From positions 3,232,001-3,296,000 of the forward strand of contig OZ242011.1 of the NCBI GenBank assembly GCA_965204755.1: DNA of 64,000 nucleotides, given 5' to 3'. This stretch comes from Candidatus Marinacidobacterium sp. Lineage in GTDB: Bacteria; Acidobacteriota; Vicinamibacteria; Marinacidobacterales; Marinacidobacteraceae. The position numbers were made by a program, and so were the translations under genes. The notes under the pieces were generated by a model that was given only the letters and a program-made list of their open reading frames with translations, had not been told where the DNA came from and ran no database searches. Shown piece after piece: positions 19,302 to 28,511 of this stretch (positions are counted from its first letter, which is position 1; every line of letters begins with the position of its first letter).

Positions 19302-20981
19302 GTCGGCCTCGTCGGCTTGAAGACGAATCGCCTCCCACAAGTCGTCCATCGGGGGCAGCGGGTTGGCGCGCTCGGGCGTCCAGTGAATCTTCTTCCGCCA
19401 CCTGACGCCGCGCTCGGTGAGGGAGAGACTGCCGGCGTCATCTGCCTTGACGACCCTCACCTGACGGAGAAAGTTCACCAAATCTGAAGCGGCGCCTTCC
19501 TTCATGGCGACCTTCGACTGCAGGTGGGCCACCAAGTCCTTCTTGGGTTGCGGATTCGCCTCGAGCCGACTAAGGGCGTGGTCGGCGCCGCGGATGCGCG
19601 TCAGGAGGCACTCCATCAGGAGTTCGGCGTCGTTGTCTTCGCGCACCTTGCGACCGAGATCAGTGATCAGAATTCTCCCGTCCACGGTTTCCGTGCAGCG
19701 CAACACCGTCGCGGCTTCGATCTGGAAGTCGGTCGTCCCGACAGGCTGTCCCGGGAATTCCTCCGTCATCCGGGTGTGCAGGGCGTTCCGGTCGATTCCT
19801 TCGCCGACCAAACCCAGCATCCAGTACAACCGGCCGAAAGGATCGTCTCCTCCGAGGTGGAGGAGGATCCGGCGTTCCTGCAAAGGCAGCGGCTGCATCC
19901 CGTTGAGCACCGGCTCGATGTGTTCCGCGCGCTTGTGTAGGGAGAAGACCGTCGGGGGTTGGTCGAAGTACCTCCTATGGTCGCCGAACGCGGTCCGGGG
20001 AATGTCCGTGCGAACCCACTTCACCGGGCGCGTGTGGCGCGGCTGGCCCTCGACTTCTCGGTGCGCATATTCCCCTTCCACCGTGCCCCACGCGATGTGT
20101 CGTTCCCCTCTCTTTCGGGGAAGAACGACGATGTCTCCCTTTTGGATCTCCCACGCGAAGTTCCAGACCTGATCTGCGTTCGCCGTCACGGCGTTCTTCG
20201 GCCAGTCGGGATGCAGTGCCTGAACCACCTTGCGGTACGCCTTGTGGTCGTCGGTGTCGGGAGCGGGCAGGTTCTCGAAACCGAGCATGGCGATCCCGTT
20301 CGCCAGGACATATTCCTCATCCTGACCATCGCCGCCGGCGCGCACCCCCCAGAGGCGGGGCTCGGTGCACAGGTTCCAATACAGTTCATAACCGGTCAGC
20401 ATCCGCTCCGCCAGCCCATCGAAGCCTTCCTCCGGCGACCCGAGCACGCCTTCCAGGCGATCCAGAATGAGGCGATTCGCCTGGACCGGGTCATTGCCCG
20501 CGACATCGAGATCCAGCGTGTCGGCCAACCGTTTGAGTTTCCCCTTGTTGGCGAGATCCGTGAAGGACTCTGGAAAGAAGAGCGCGAGAGTTCGCAGGGC
20601 CTCCACATGCGGCTTGAAGTCGAGCGCCGACTGTGCGCGAAGCAGGATCTCTTCCAGGAAGCGCTTCAACGCCTTGGTTCGCTGGTGTTCGTCCTCTCGC
20701 TGAACCAGCACGGTCTCTCCGACGAACCACTGGCAGAAATCTTTCGAGAGGAGCGTGTCCAGTTGCGTTTCCGACATCAGGCCGCCGTCCCATACGAGGT
20801 TGCTGCTCCAGGCGCGCTTCTGGAACGCGCGATCTGCTCGGCGTGCCTCGGTGGCGCCGTCGATCTCCGCCAGGTACTCGGCGAGGTTCGCGATGTCGCC
20901 GCCGTCGATCCCGGAGATGGCGACCTCGCAGGCGGCCTTCAGGCCGTCGTCGGTCTTTGGGTCGTGCGGGACTCTGGGCAT
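18360..20981 (-). CDS. mcrB: McrB-like AAA+ GTPase, copy 1 (as copy 2 plus an extra ~190-aa probable winged-helix region)
   Basis: Same AAA motifs; LWGVRAG...GDIVVLP...HTRPVKW domain; ITDLG and LSLTERG wing-like motifs. Confidence 0.9.
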   Translation of the reverse strand: MPRVPHDPKTDDGLKAACEVAISGIDGGDIANLAEYLAEIDGATEARRADRAFQKRAWSSNLVWDGGLMSETQLDTLLSKDFCQWFVGETVLVQREDEHQRTKALKRFLEEILLRAQSALDFKPHVEALRTLALFFPESFTDLANKGKLKRLADTLDLDVAGNDPVQANRLILDRLEGVLGSPEEGFDGLAERMLTGYELYWNLCTEPRLWGVRAGGDGQDEEYVLANGIAMLGFENLPAPDTDDHKAYRKVVQALHPDWPKNAVTANADQVWNFAWEIQKGDIVVLPRKRGERHIAWGTVEGEYAHREVEGQPRHTRPVKWVRTDIPRTAFGDHRRYFDQPPTVFSLHKRAEHIEPVLNGMQPLPLQERRILLHLGGDDPFGRLYWMLGLVGEGIDRNALHTRMTEEFPGQPVGTTDFQIEAATVLRCTETVDGRILITDLGRKVREDNDAELLMECLLTRIRGADHALSRLEANPQPKKDLVAHLQSKVAMKEGAASDLVNFLRQVRVVKADDAGSLSLTERGVRWRKKIHWTPERANPLPPMDDLWEAIRLQADEADLRFERSLVEALHLGLWADEQRHFAVLSGLSGTGKTQIALRYAMALTGAESDTGGPVEVIAVHPGWHDPGPLLGYVNPLTGGYARTEFLNFLLEAAAKPEETHVLILDEMNLSHPEQYFAPILSAMEIPDGEIPLHRGDPEKLGVPTGVPYPKNLVLIGTVNMDETTMGISDKVLDRAFTLEFWDIEPEEWPGWESCGLDGSEKAKVRGLLAALTRTLSPARRHFGWRVISEVVGFLEGRSRDSGIEIGPDAALDQVIYAKVLPKLRGSDTPRFRKCLDETAAALEKAGLEMCARKVRSLKEDLDATGSCSFWR

Positions 20982-21167
20982 GGTGTTTCAGTCGTCAGGA
21001 AGGGCGAGCGGACAGGGCGTCGGCCGGGCGTCGCAGCGGGAAAGCGTCGGGCCCAGCCTCCGGTGATCGGGAATCGCGGAGAATACGCGACCGGTAGGCC
21101 GGTTCGACCTCCGGCGACCGGAGCAATGGGATCGAGGTCAACTCGCCCTTCGTGGCCGGGCGCCCAC

Positions 21168-21982
21168 TCACGCTTGCGCGTTCCACGGGGGATCGAGATC
21201 GCGGATGAGTCGGGCTTCGAGCGGGCGGGGCTCGGCGGTCTCGTGGATCCAGAGTTCGATGGCCCGGCCGGCGCGAGATTCGAGGAGGAACGCGTGGTTG
21301 ACCTTGCAGTTCGTGGACTGGCCGCCCTCGAAGCAGTTCCGGGGCGAGATGCGGCCGTAGCCCATGGGGCCCCACCGCTGCCGGATGTCCACGGAGATGC
21401 CCACATAGACCACCGCGCCGGCGACGGTGACCGCGTAGACGCCCGGCGCCGACGGCAGCCCCGGCACCGTGAATTCGCAGAACGGGCCCGCGCCGTGGGC
21501 GTTGAGGCGGAGCCGCCGATGTTGGCGTAGCGTCCCTGCGGCATCTCTTCCCGGATCGCGCCGCCGGGCTCCCGAACCGGCTCGATGGCGCCCGCCCAGC
21601 CGAAAGCGAGGCCATCCAGCGACAGCGTGTCGCCGCTCTCAGGTGTCGCGGGGAAGTGCTGCGGGTCACTCCGCGGCGGGCGCGAAGTCGGCGGGCTGGG
21701 GCGGGGCGCCCGGCGTGGGGCCGGGGGCGCCGCAGAGCCGACTCGGTGGAACTCCACGGTCTCGCCGTGGTGATCCACATTGGCCGTTTCCCAGCCGGCA
21801 TCGATCCAAGCCTTGGCCTGGCTGTGGCTCCGGTCGTTGTTGCTCCACCACGCGGGGTACATCCGCGCAGAGGGGGGCAGTTCTTTGCCGAGTACGGCTT
21901 CGATCTCGGAAAAAGTCGCGCGCCACGGGCTCGTGTCCCGCGCTGCGAGGAAGTCACCGAGAGGCTGGTACTTGCTGGCCAT
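21168..21982 (-). pseudogene. DUF7662 + GIY-YIG nuclease fusion interrupted by a 1-nt frameshift near 21511-21518
   Basis: MASKYQPL...TFSEIE...LPPSA...WWSN...SQAKAW (DUF7662-like) reads to QGRYANIG; the -1 frame continues LRLNAHGAGPFCEFTVPGLPSAPGVYAV...VYVG...GGQSTNCKVN...PPWN. Confidence 0.72.
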
Positions 21983-22114
21983 GTGTCCGCGTCTCCATTC
22001 GGGTTGGGGCAAGGCCCGGAGGCGGCGTTCGACGGCCGACCGACCGGGGGAGCCCCACCATAGACGAATGACCGGACAGAATCCGTCACCCCATTCCCGG
22101 GGCGACGGCCGGGG

Positions 22115-22816
22115 TCAGCGGGCGCCGGCGCCGAAAGTGTCCCGGAGGGCGGGGGCGTTGGCGATGAGTTCGCCGAGGTCCGTCATCGCGTTCTCCATCG
22201 CGATCTCCACGGCGGCGCCGAGGATCGTGGCGCCCTGGTCGCACCCGAAGCCGGAACTGGTCTGCACCGCGTTGCCCTCCACGGACTCCCGGAACAGCAG
22301 GCCGTCCTCGGTGAAGACGGAGACGGCGAGGACGAGGGCGGTGGAGGCCTCCAGCCCCATGAACCCGGTCGAGGCGACCGCGGCGTTGAAGACCTCGGCG
22401 CGGACGGCCACCACCATGTCGAAGCCCCGCTCCACCATGTCGTCCCGCCGCATCTGCACCGGCGTGAGATCCACCTGCCGCACGAGGGGCTGCAGCGTGC
22501 CCACGACCGAGCCGGCCAAGGCGTCGCGGGCGTCCACCGGGTAGTTGGAGTTCTCGCAGTGCCCGTCCTCTTCCGCGAGGATCTGGACATCGCGCCAGAG
22601 TTGCTCCCCGTCCACGAAGACCGCGGCGCGGGCCGGCAGCGGCGAGTCGAAGGCGTAGGCGGCGCGGGACGGCGCGGCGCGCACGACGACGCCGTAGGTG
22701 CAGGCCGACGCGGCGAGGGCCCCGGCCGCCAGGGCGGCAGCGGCGGCGAGGAGCGCCGGCCTCGGCTGGCGCTGCGAACGTTCCCGGTTGGCGCCGGGTT
22801 CTGGGCGTGGATTCAT
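22115..22816 (-). CDS. Hypothetical lipoprotein
   Basis: LAASAC lipobox after a hydrophobic stretch; AAGGAG RBS; protein-like composition. Confidence 0.7.
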   Translation of the reverse strand: MNPRPEPGANRERSQRQPRPALLAAAAALAAGALAASACTYGVVVRAAPSRAAYAFDSPLPARAAVFVDGEQLWRDVQILAEEDGHCENSNYPVDARDALAGSVVGTLQPLVRQVDLTPVQMRRDDMVERGFDMVVAVRAEVFNAAVASTGFMGLEASTALVLAVSVFTEDGLLFRESVEGNAVQTSSGFGCDQGATILGAAVEIAMENAMTDLGELIANAPALRDTFGAGAR

Positions 22817-23070
22817 GTCGTCTCTCCTTCGATGGCGGCGACGAGGGGGATGCGGTTCCGGAATCGGGAACCGCTCCGCGTCCCGGTTCGGGACCGGCGC
22901 GGCGCGCGGCGGAGGGTGGCCCGCGCCGAGTCGGTTTCCGGCGGGCCCGTTTCGCCGGCCCCGTTTCGCCGGGCCGGGCGGGAAATCTACCCGCCGAGGC
23001 GAATTCCCGGCGCCGGCGGCGCCGGCCGGGGCGGTGGCGCGGAGGCCGGGGGCGTCGGCGGGCCGCAGGA

Positions 23071-24132
23071 TCAGTTCCTCTCCCCTTCCCGCACGGCGAG
23101 GCGGGCGATCCGGTCGCAGAGTTCGGGGAAACCGATCCCGGCGACGGCCGCGGACTGGGGGAGCAGGCTGCGGGTGGTCATCCCCGGCAGGGTGTTGGCT
23201 TCGAGCACGGAGGGCTCGCCGGCCGCGTCGAGCCGGAGGTCCACCCGCGAAAAGTGCCGGAGCCCGAGCGCCCGGTGGCTGGCGACCGCGAGTTCCGACA
23301 GCGTTCGCGCGAGACGCGCCGGGATGCGCGCGGGAAACACCTCTTCGGCGAACCCGGGCGTGTACTTCGCGTGGTAGTCGAAGAGCGGCGTCTCGGTGAC
23401 GATCTCGCCGATTCCGAGGGCCTCGGGCGGGCCGCCGGCGAGCGGCTCCAAGACACCCACCGTGAATTCGCGTCCGGGAAGCAGGCTCTCCACCAGGACG
23501 CGCGTGTCGTGGCGGTGGGCGGAGGCGACGGCGGCGAGCGCTTCGTCGAAATTGCGCGCCAGGGCCAGGCCGACCGACGAGCCGACCCGCGACGGCTTCA
23601 CGATCAGCGGGTAACCGAGCGCGTCGATCGTTTCCTTCCGCTCGGCGGGGATTTCGGCCTCGAACAGTTCGAAAGCGGGGCTCGGGATCCCCGCGCCGCG
23701 CAGGACCCGCTTGGCGGACGCCTTTTCCATCGCCAGCGCGCTGGCGAGCACGCCGCTCCCGGTGTACGCCTTCCGGCCGAGTTCGAGCACCGCCTGGATG
23801 CGTCCTCCCTCGCCGTCGAGCCCGTGGAGGACCAGAAAGGCGAGGTCGCAGTCGCGCACCGCCGGCCGGCGGACCAGCCCGGCGGCGTCCTCCCGCCGCC
23901 GCATCCGGGCGAGCGCCGCGTCGTCCGGCGGCGCCTGCCCCACGCGGAGCGCGAGCAGACGCCCCTCCTGTTCGGGGCCGAGTTCGCCCTCGACGGTGTC
24001 CACCACCGAGACTTCGTGGCCGCGCGCCCGAAGCGCCCGCAGGACTTCCCCGGCGCCGGAGAGCGCGACTTCCCGCTCCGGCGTCGAGCCGCCGGTGACG
24101 AGCGCGACCCGCAGGCGGTCCCCGGGCGTCAT
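23071..24132 (-). CDS. ddl: D-alanine--D-alanine ligase
   Basis: GGSTPEREVAL, LHGLDGEGG, VKPSRVGSSVG, FDYHAKY, SRVD, LEANTLPGMT. Confidence 0.93.
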   Translation of the reverse strand: MTPGDRLRVALVTGGSTPEREVALSGAGEVLRALRARGHEVSVVDTVEGELGPEQEGRLLALRVGQAPPDDAALARMRRREDAAGLVRRPAVRDCDLAFLVLHGLDGEGGRIQAVLELGRKAYTGSGVLASALAMEKASAKRVLRGAGIPSPAFELFEAEIPAERKETIDALGYPLIVKPSRVGSSVGLALARNFDEALAAVASAHRHDTRVLVESLLPGREFTVGVLEPLAGGPPEALGIGEIVTETPLFDYHAKYTPGFAEEVFPARIPARLARTLSELAVASHRALGLRHFSRVDLRLDAAGEPSVLEANTLPGMTTRSLLPQSAAVAGIGFPELCDRIARLAVREGERN

Positions 24133-25634
24133 CAGAGGGTGAGCGCGAGGCGCACTGCCTCCGGCGGTTCGGGCGGCTTCGACAGCAGGCTCGCGGCGAC
24201 GACGGTCGCGAAGCCGGCGGCCATGGCGGTGGCCGCGGGAGGCGGACCGACCTGGGGCGCCAGGAGTTCCAGCGCGAGGAGCGTCCCGAGCCCGACCGCC
24301 ATCGCCAGCGCGGCCGCCGCCGCGGTCGTCCGCTCCCAGACCAGGCCGACGGTCAGGGGGGGCGCCAGCGCCGCCGCGAACGCGCCGAAACCGAGCGTTC
24401 CGAGGAAGGCGATGAGCCCGCCGCCGGATTGGTGGAGCGCGGCCACGCCGAGGGCCGCCGCGGCGACCGCCGCGGATCCCCGGCGGGCGCTGGCGAGGGA
24501 ACGGCGGTCGGCGTCCGTCCGGCCTTCCGGCGAAGCGCCCGGGGCCGCCCGCCGCGGGCGGCGAAGGGAGCGGGGCAGGTCGCGGACCAGCGCAGCCGCG
24601 CCCAGGTTCAGGAAGGCGTCGCTGGTGGACATGATCGCGGCGAGCGCCGCGGCGGCGACGAGACCCTTCAGCAGGGCGGGGGCGGCCGGGATCGAGAGCG
24701 CCGCCAGCGCGGCGTCGTCCGGGTGCGCCAGGGGCCCGAGGCGGCCGTCGGCGGTGAACGCGAGGACCGCCGCGCCCAGCCCGAACCAGACCAGCAGGCT
24801 CAGTCCCTGCGCCCCGCCGATGACCGCCGGGAGGTAGCGCAGCGCCTCCGGGCTCTTGAGCATCAGGAACTTGTGGAGCATATGGGGCTGGCCGAGGGTT
24901 CCGAGGGAGAACAGGAACAGCAGGCCGAACCCCCGCGCCGGGGTCAGGACGCCGAGGGGATGGAGCAGGCGCGCCCCCTCCGGCCCGGAAGCCGCGACCG
25001 CCGCCGCGGCGCCTTCCGGGCCGCCCACCGCGCCGAGCGCCCAGGCGAACGCGAGCGCGGCCGCCCCCGCCATGAGGAGGCCCTGCAGCACATCGGTGTT
25101 CACGGAGGCGGTCATGCCCCCGGCGAGCGAGTAGGCCAGGACGATCCCGGCGCCGAGGGCCAGCATCGCCCCCGGAGGGGCGCCGGGGAAGGCGAACCGG
25201 CCGGCCAGGGCGAGCGCCGAGAACTGGACGCCCAGGTAGATGACGCTGCCCGCCAGGATGCCGAACGCTCCCAGCCCGGCGGCGGCGCGGGCGCCGCGCT
25301 GTCCCCGGAAGCGGAAGGCGAGGACTTCGGGGAGGGTGAGCGCGCCGCACGCTTCGGCGGCGAGCGCCAGACGGCGGCCCACGGTTCGGCAGAGCAGGGC
25401 GGCGGTGAAGCCGGCGGGAACGACGATGAAGAGCGAGCCGAAGCCGATCTGCCCGGTGAGGCCGGGGCCGCCGAGGAAGACGAAGCCGCTGAAGGCGGAG
25501 GCGGCGACCGCGAGCCCGGCGCGGAACGCGCCGAGGCGGCGCCCGGCGACGAAGAAGTCGGCCGCGTTGCGGGTCCGCCGCAGCGCCGCCAGGCCGACGG
25601 CCAGCGTGGCGGCGAGGAGGAGCGTCGGGATCAT
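24132..25634 (-). CDS. Sodium:solute symporter (PutP-like)
   Basis: DFFVAGR, SAFSGFVFLG, GGMTASVNTDVLQG, GQPH, AAIMSTSD; many TM helices. Confidence 0.88.
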   Translation of the reverse strand: MIPTLLLAATLAVGLAALRRTRNAADFFVAGRRLGAFRAGLAVAASAFSGFVFLGGPGLTGQIGFGSLFIVVPAGFTAALLCRTVGRRLALAAEACGALTLPEVLAFRFRGQRGARAAAGLGAFGILAGSVIYLGVQFSALALAGRFAFPGAPPGAMLALGAGIVLAYSLAGGMTASVNTDVLQGLLMAGAAALAFAWALGAVGGPEGAAAAVAASGPEGARLLHPLGVLTPARGFGLLFLFSLGTLGQPHMLHKFLMLKSPEALRYLPAVIGGAQGLSLLVWFGLGAAVLAFTADGRLGPLAHPDDAALAALSIPAAPALLKGLVAAAALAAIMSTSDAFLNLGAAALVRDLPRSLRRPRRAAPGASPEGRTDADRRSLASARRGSAAVAAAALGVAALHQSGGGLIAFLGTLGFGAFAAALAPPLTVGLVWERTTAAAAALAMAVGLGTLLALELLAPQVGPPPAATAMAAGFATVVAASLLSKPPEPPEAVRLALTL

Positions 25635-26110
25635 CGCCCGGCGTCGTCTTCCGCCGGCGCTTCGCGGGCGGCGCGCCGCAGGCGATCCAGGTCCTCCGCG
25701 GACGGCGGGCGGAAGGAGAGCGCGAAGCCGAGGGAGGTGAGCAGCAGCGGCGCGAGGAAGACGCCGAGGATCAGGGCGGACAGGGACGGGGGGAAGGCCG
25801 GCGCTTCGGGCCCCCGGGCTGTCGGGAGCGAGGCGGTGAGGAGGGCGCCCGCTCCGAGGGAGACGAGGAAGGCGGCGGTGGTCCGGCGTCCCGCGCGGCG
25901 GCGTGGCCGTCGCGCCCCGGCGGGCCGGTCGTCGGCGGGCGGACGGGCGCCGAGCAGCCAAGCCCCGGCGATGGCGGCGGCGGTGGCGAGCGCCGAGACG
26001 ACCGCCGCCGGCCGTTCGTCCGCCCCGAGGAGTCCGACCAGCAGCAGGACGGCGCCGGCGCCGGCGATCGGCAGCGCCGCGAGCGGGGCGCGAAGGGACG
26101 GGGAGGGCAC
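25631..26110 (-). CDS. Small membrane protein coupled to the symporter
   Basis: About four hydrophobic segments at the end of ORF 25631..27508; its TGA overlaps the symporter ATG; start uncertain. Confidence 0.6.
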   Translation of the reverse strand: MPSPSLRAPLAALPIAGAGAVLLLVGLLGADERPAAVVSALATAAAIAGAWLLGARPPADDRPAGARRPRRRAGRRTTAAFLVSLGAGALLTASLPTARGPEAPAFPPSLSALILGVFLAPLLLTSLGFALSFRPPSAEDLDRLRRAAREAPAEDDAGR

Positions 26111-26431
26111 GGAGGGGATGGAGTTTCGGGGCGGCGACGGGGGATTCTGCGGCCTCCGCAGTCCGGGGAGCGGACTCGTCGAGTCCCGGTTGCGCGGAGG
26201 CGATAGGCGTCGGCCTCCCGGCGCGCGGCCCGGTCGGTGTCCGCCGGCGGCCGCGCGAGGCGCGCCCCGAAGCCGCGGCGCGCCGGAAGCCGGTCGGCGC
26301 TTCTCCGCCGTGACCGTCGAGCGCCGCGTCGCGGCGCGGGTCGACGATCGTCGCGTCCCCGCCGCTGTCGGAGGAATCCCGCGAATGCCCGTGACGAAAT
26401 CTGTCCTCACCCGGAAGGACGATCCTCGGCG

Positions 26432-27427
26432 ATGCCGGCGCCTCGGCTCGCGGATCCCCGTTCCGTCCGACTCCCCGGTGATCCCGGCGGGGAAACCGAT
26501 ACCTCGGCGCGAAAGCGGCGGACCGGCCGGTTCTATACCGTCGCCAACCCGTTCCGGCATCCGGCGTTTCGCGCTTGGGCGAAGGCGGCGGGGCTGCCGG
26601 GGCGACGAATCCTCGAACCCTTCGCCGGGTCGAACCGACTCATCGAATTCCTCGAGGAGATGGATCTCTGCCGCGATTCCCGGTCGTTCGACATCGCGCC
26701 GGCGGCCCCGCGCGTTCGCCGGCGGGACACGCTGCGGTCGTTTCCCTCCGGTTACGAAGTGTGCGTGACCAATCCGCCGTGGCTCGCGCGAAACAGCGCC
26801 GCGTTCCGCGGGCTGTCGTTTCCCCCTTGCCGACACGACGACCTCTACAAGTGGTGTCTCGAGAAGTGTCTTTCGCGGTGCTCGTGGGTCGCCGCGCTCA
26901 TCCCCGAGTCGTTCCTGCGCTCCGGGCTTTTCCGGACGCGCCTTCGCGACTTCGTCTCGCTCACCGCGCGGATGTTCGCGGACACCGGCCACCCGGTGGG
27001 CCTCGCCCTCTTCGGGCCGGACCGGAGCGCCGATGCCGCGGTTTGGGCCGACTCCCTTCGCGTCGGCGCCCTCTCCGACCTCGAACGACTGCGCCCCTCG
27101 CCGACCGCCGACGGGCCGGCGATGCGCTTCAACGACCCGCGCGGAAATGTGGGGCTGATCGCGCTCGACAACACGCGAACGGCGTCCATCCGCTTCTGCG
27201 AGGTTCGGGAACTGGCCGGTTACCGGGTGAAGAAGACCGGGCGCCACATCACGCGGATCACGGTCCGGGGGCCGATCCGCATCGAGGCCTGGAACGGGTA
27301 CCTGGGGGAGTTCCGGGAGAGGACGCGCGATGTGCTCATGACCGGTTACAAGGGCATCCGCAAGGACGGGATGTACCGCCGGCGTCTCGACTGGCGGTTG
27401 GCCCGGGGCATCGTGCACCACGCCTGA
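26432..27427 (+). CDS. Orphan N6-adenine DNA methyltransferase-like protein
   Basis: GRFYT, ILEPFAGS (motif I), VTNPPW (motif IV), DDLYK; no adjacent endonuclease; start approximate. Confidence 0.75.
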   Translation: MPAPRLADPRSVRLPGDPGGETDTSARKRRTGRFYTVANPFRHPAFRAWAKAAGLPGRRILEPFAGSNRLIEFLEEMDLCRDSRSFDIAPAAPRVRRRDTLRSFPSGYEVCVTNPPWLARNSAAFRGLSFPPCRHDDLYKWCLEKCLSRCSWVAALIPESFLRSGLFRTRLRDFVSLTARMFADTGHPVGLALFGPDRSADAAVWADSLRVGALSDLERLRPSPTADGPAMRFNDPRGNVGLIALDNTRTASIRFCEVRELAGYRVKKTGRHITRITVRGPIRIEAWNGYLGEFRERTRDVLMTGYKGIRKDGMYRRRLDWRLARGIVHHA

Positions 27428-27520
27428 GCCGCCGGATTGCGCGGCGGTCGAGATGGCGCGGCGGGCGGGGAGGCCGGGCCGGGGAGCGGCGTTCGCCGTG
27501 GTTAGCATTCCGCGCTTCCC

Positions 27521-27562
27521 GGTGTTCCCGATGAGGTAATCCCGATGAGGTGTTCCCGATGA
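27521..27562 (+). repeat. Three tandem 14-bp repeats GGT(GT/AA)TCCCGATGA covering the RBS and start codon of the cyclase gene
   Basis: ggtgttcccgatga / ggtaatcccgatga / ggtgttcccgatga read directly. Confidence 0.85.
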
Positions 27563-28422
27563 GTCGTCTCCGTTCCTTCCTTCCTCTCGCCCTCTTCGCC
27601 GCGGCGGCGCTGTCCGGCGTGGCGCTCGCAGCCGGCTGCGGCGCGCCGGCGGAAGAAGCGTCCGCCCCTCTGCCGACGGGGCCCGAAGCGGTGGCCGGCT
27701 GGCGGATGGTGGACCTCAGCCATGCCTACGGCGAGGACACGCTCTACTGGCCGACGGACACGCGCGGGTTCGCCCAGAACACGCTCGCCGAGGGGGAGAC
27801 GCCGGGCGGCTACTACTACGCCGCCCGCGACTTCGCGAGCGCCGAGCACGGCGGCACCCACCTGGATGCCCCGATCCACTTCGCCGAGGGCGGGGACGAC
27901 GCGGCGGAAGTGCCGCTGTCCCGCCTGATCGCCCCCGGCGTGGTGGTGGATGTGTCCGCCGCCGCGGAGGCCGATCCCGACTACCGGATCACCGCCGCCG
28001 ACATCGAAGCCTGGGAGGCCGAGCACGGGCCGATCCCGGCCGGCGCGGCCGCGCTCTTCCACACCGGCTGGGCGGCCCGTTGGCCGGATGCGTTGGCCTA
28101 TCTCGGCGACGACACGCCGGGGGACGCGGGGAACCTCCACTTCCCCGGGGTGGGCGAGGACGCGATGCGGTTGCTGGTGGCCCGGGAAGTCGGGCTCGTC
28201 GGGATCGACACCGCGAGTTTGGACTACGGGCCGTCGCAGGACTTCATCGCGCACCGGGTCGGCGCCGCCGCCGGCATCCCGAACCTGGAAAATGTGGGCG
28301 ACCTTTCGGAGTTGCCGGCGACCGGTTTCCTGCTGGTCGCGCTGCCGATGAAGATCGAGCGGGGAACGGGCGGACCGGTCCGCATCGTCGCCCTGATTCC
28401 GCCCGCGGCGCCCGCCGGTTGA
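27559..28422 (+). CDS. Cyclase family (kynurenine formamidase-like) metal hydrolase, exported
   Basis: EHGGTHLDAPIHF, HFPG, GIDTASLD, NLENV, PMKIERGTGGPVR; LAAGC lipobox. Confidence 0.9.
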   Translation: MSRLRSFLPLALFAAAALSGVALAAGCGAPAEEASAPLPTGPEAVAGWRMVDLSHAYGEDTLYWPTDTRGFAQNTLAEGETPGGYYYAARDFASAEHGGTHLDAPIHFAEGGDDAAEVPLSRLIAPGVVVDVSAAAEADPDYRITAADIEAWEAEHGPIPAGAAALFHTGWAARWPDALAYLGDDTPGDAGNLHFPGVGEDAMRLLVAREVGLVGIDTASLDYGPSQDFIAHRVGAAAGIPNLENVGDLSELPATGFLLVALPMKIERGTGGPVRIVALIPPAAPAG

Positions 28423-28511
28423 TTTCCGGCGAACCCGAGGCCGGCCCCGTCCCGTTCGTCCGCCGCCGGTCCGCGGCGGGCTGACCCGCCGCCCGACCCG
28501 AGGCCCCCCGC

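Noticed and set aside
14558-20981. CoCoNuT-type McrBC system
   Set aside because: The NxD GTPase and DUF2357 partner fit the wider clade, but no long coiled coil, helicase or ubiquitin-like partner is visible
22817-23070. Structured ncRNA or riboswitch in the GC-rich intergenic region
   Set aside because: Short hairpins are expected by chance at this GC content; no recognisable family motif
23071-24132. Vancomycin-resistance D-Ala-D-Lac ligase
   Set aside because: The omega loop has KY, as in D-Ala-D-Ala ligases; no vanH/vanX nearby
27521-27562. CRISPR-like array
   Set aside because: Repeats are 14 bp, directly adjacent with no spacers, and there are no cas genes
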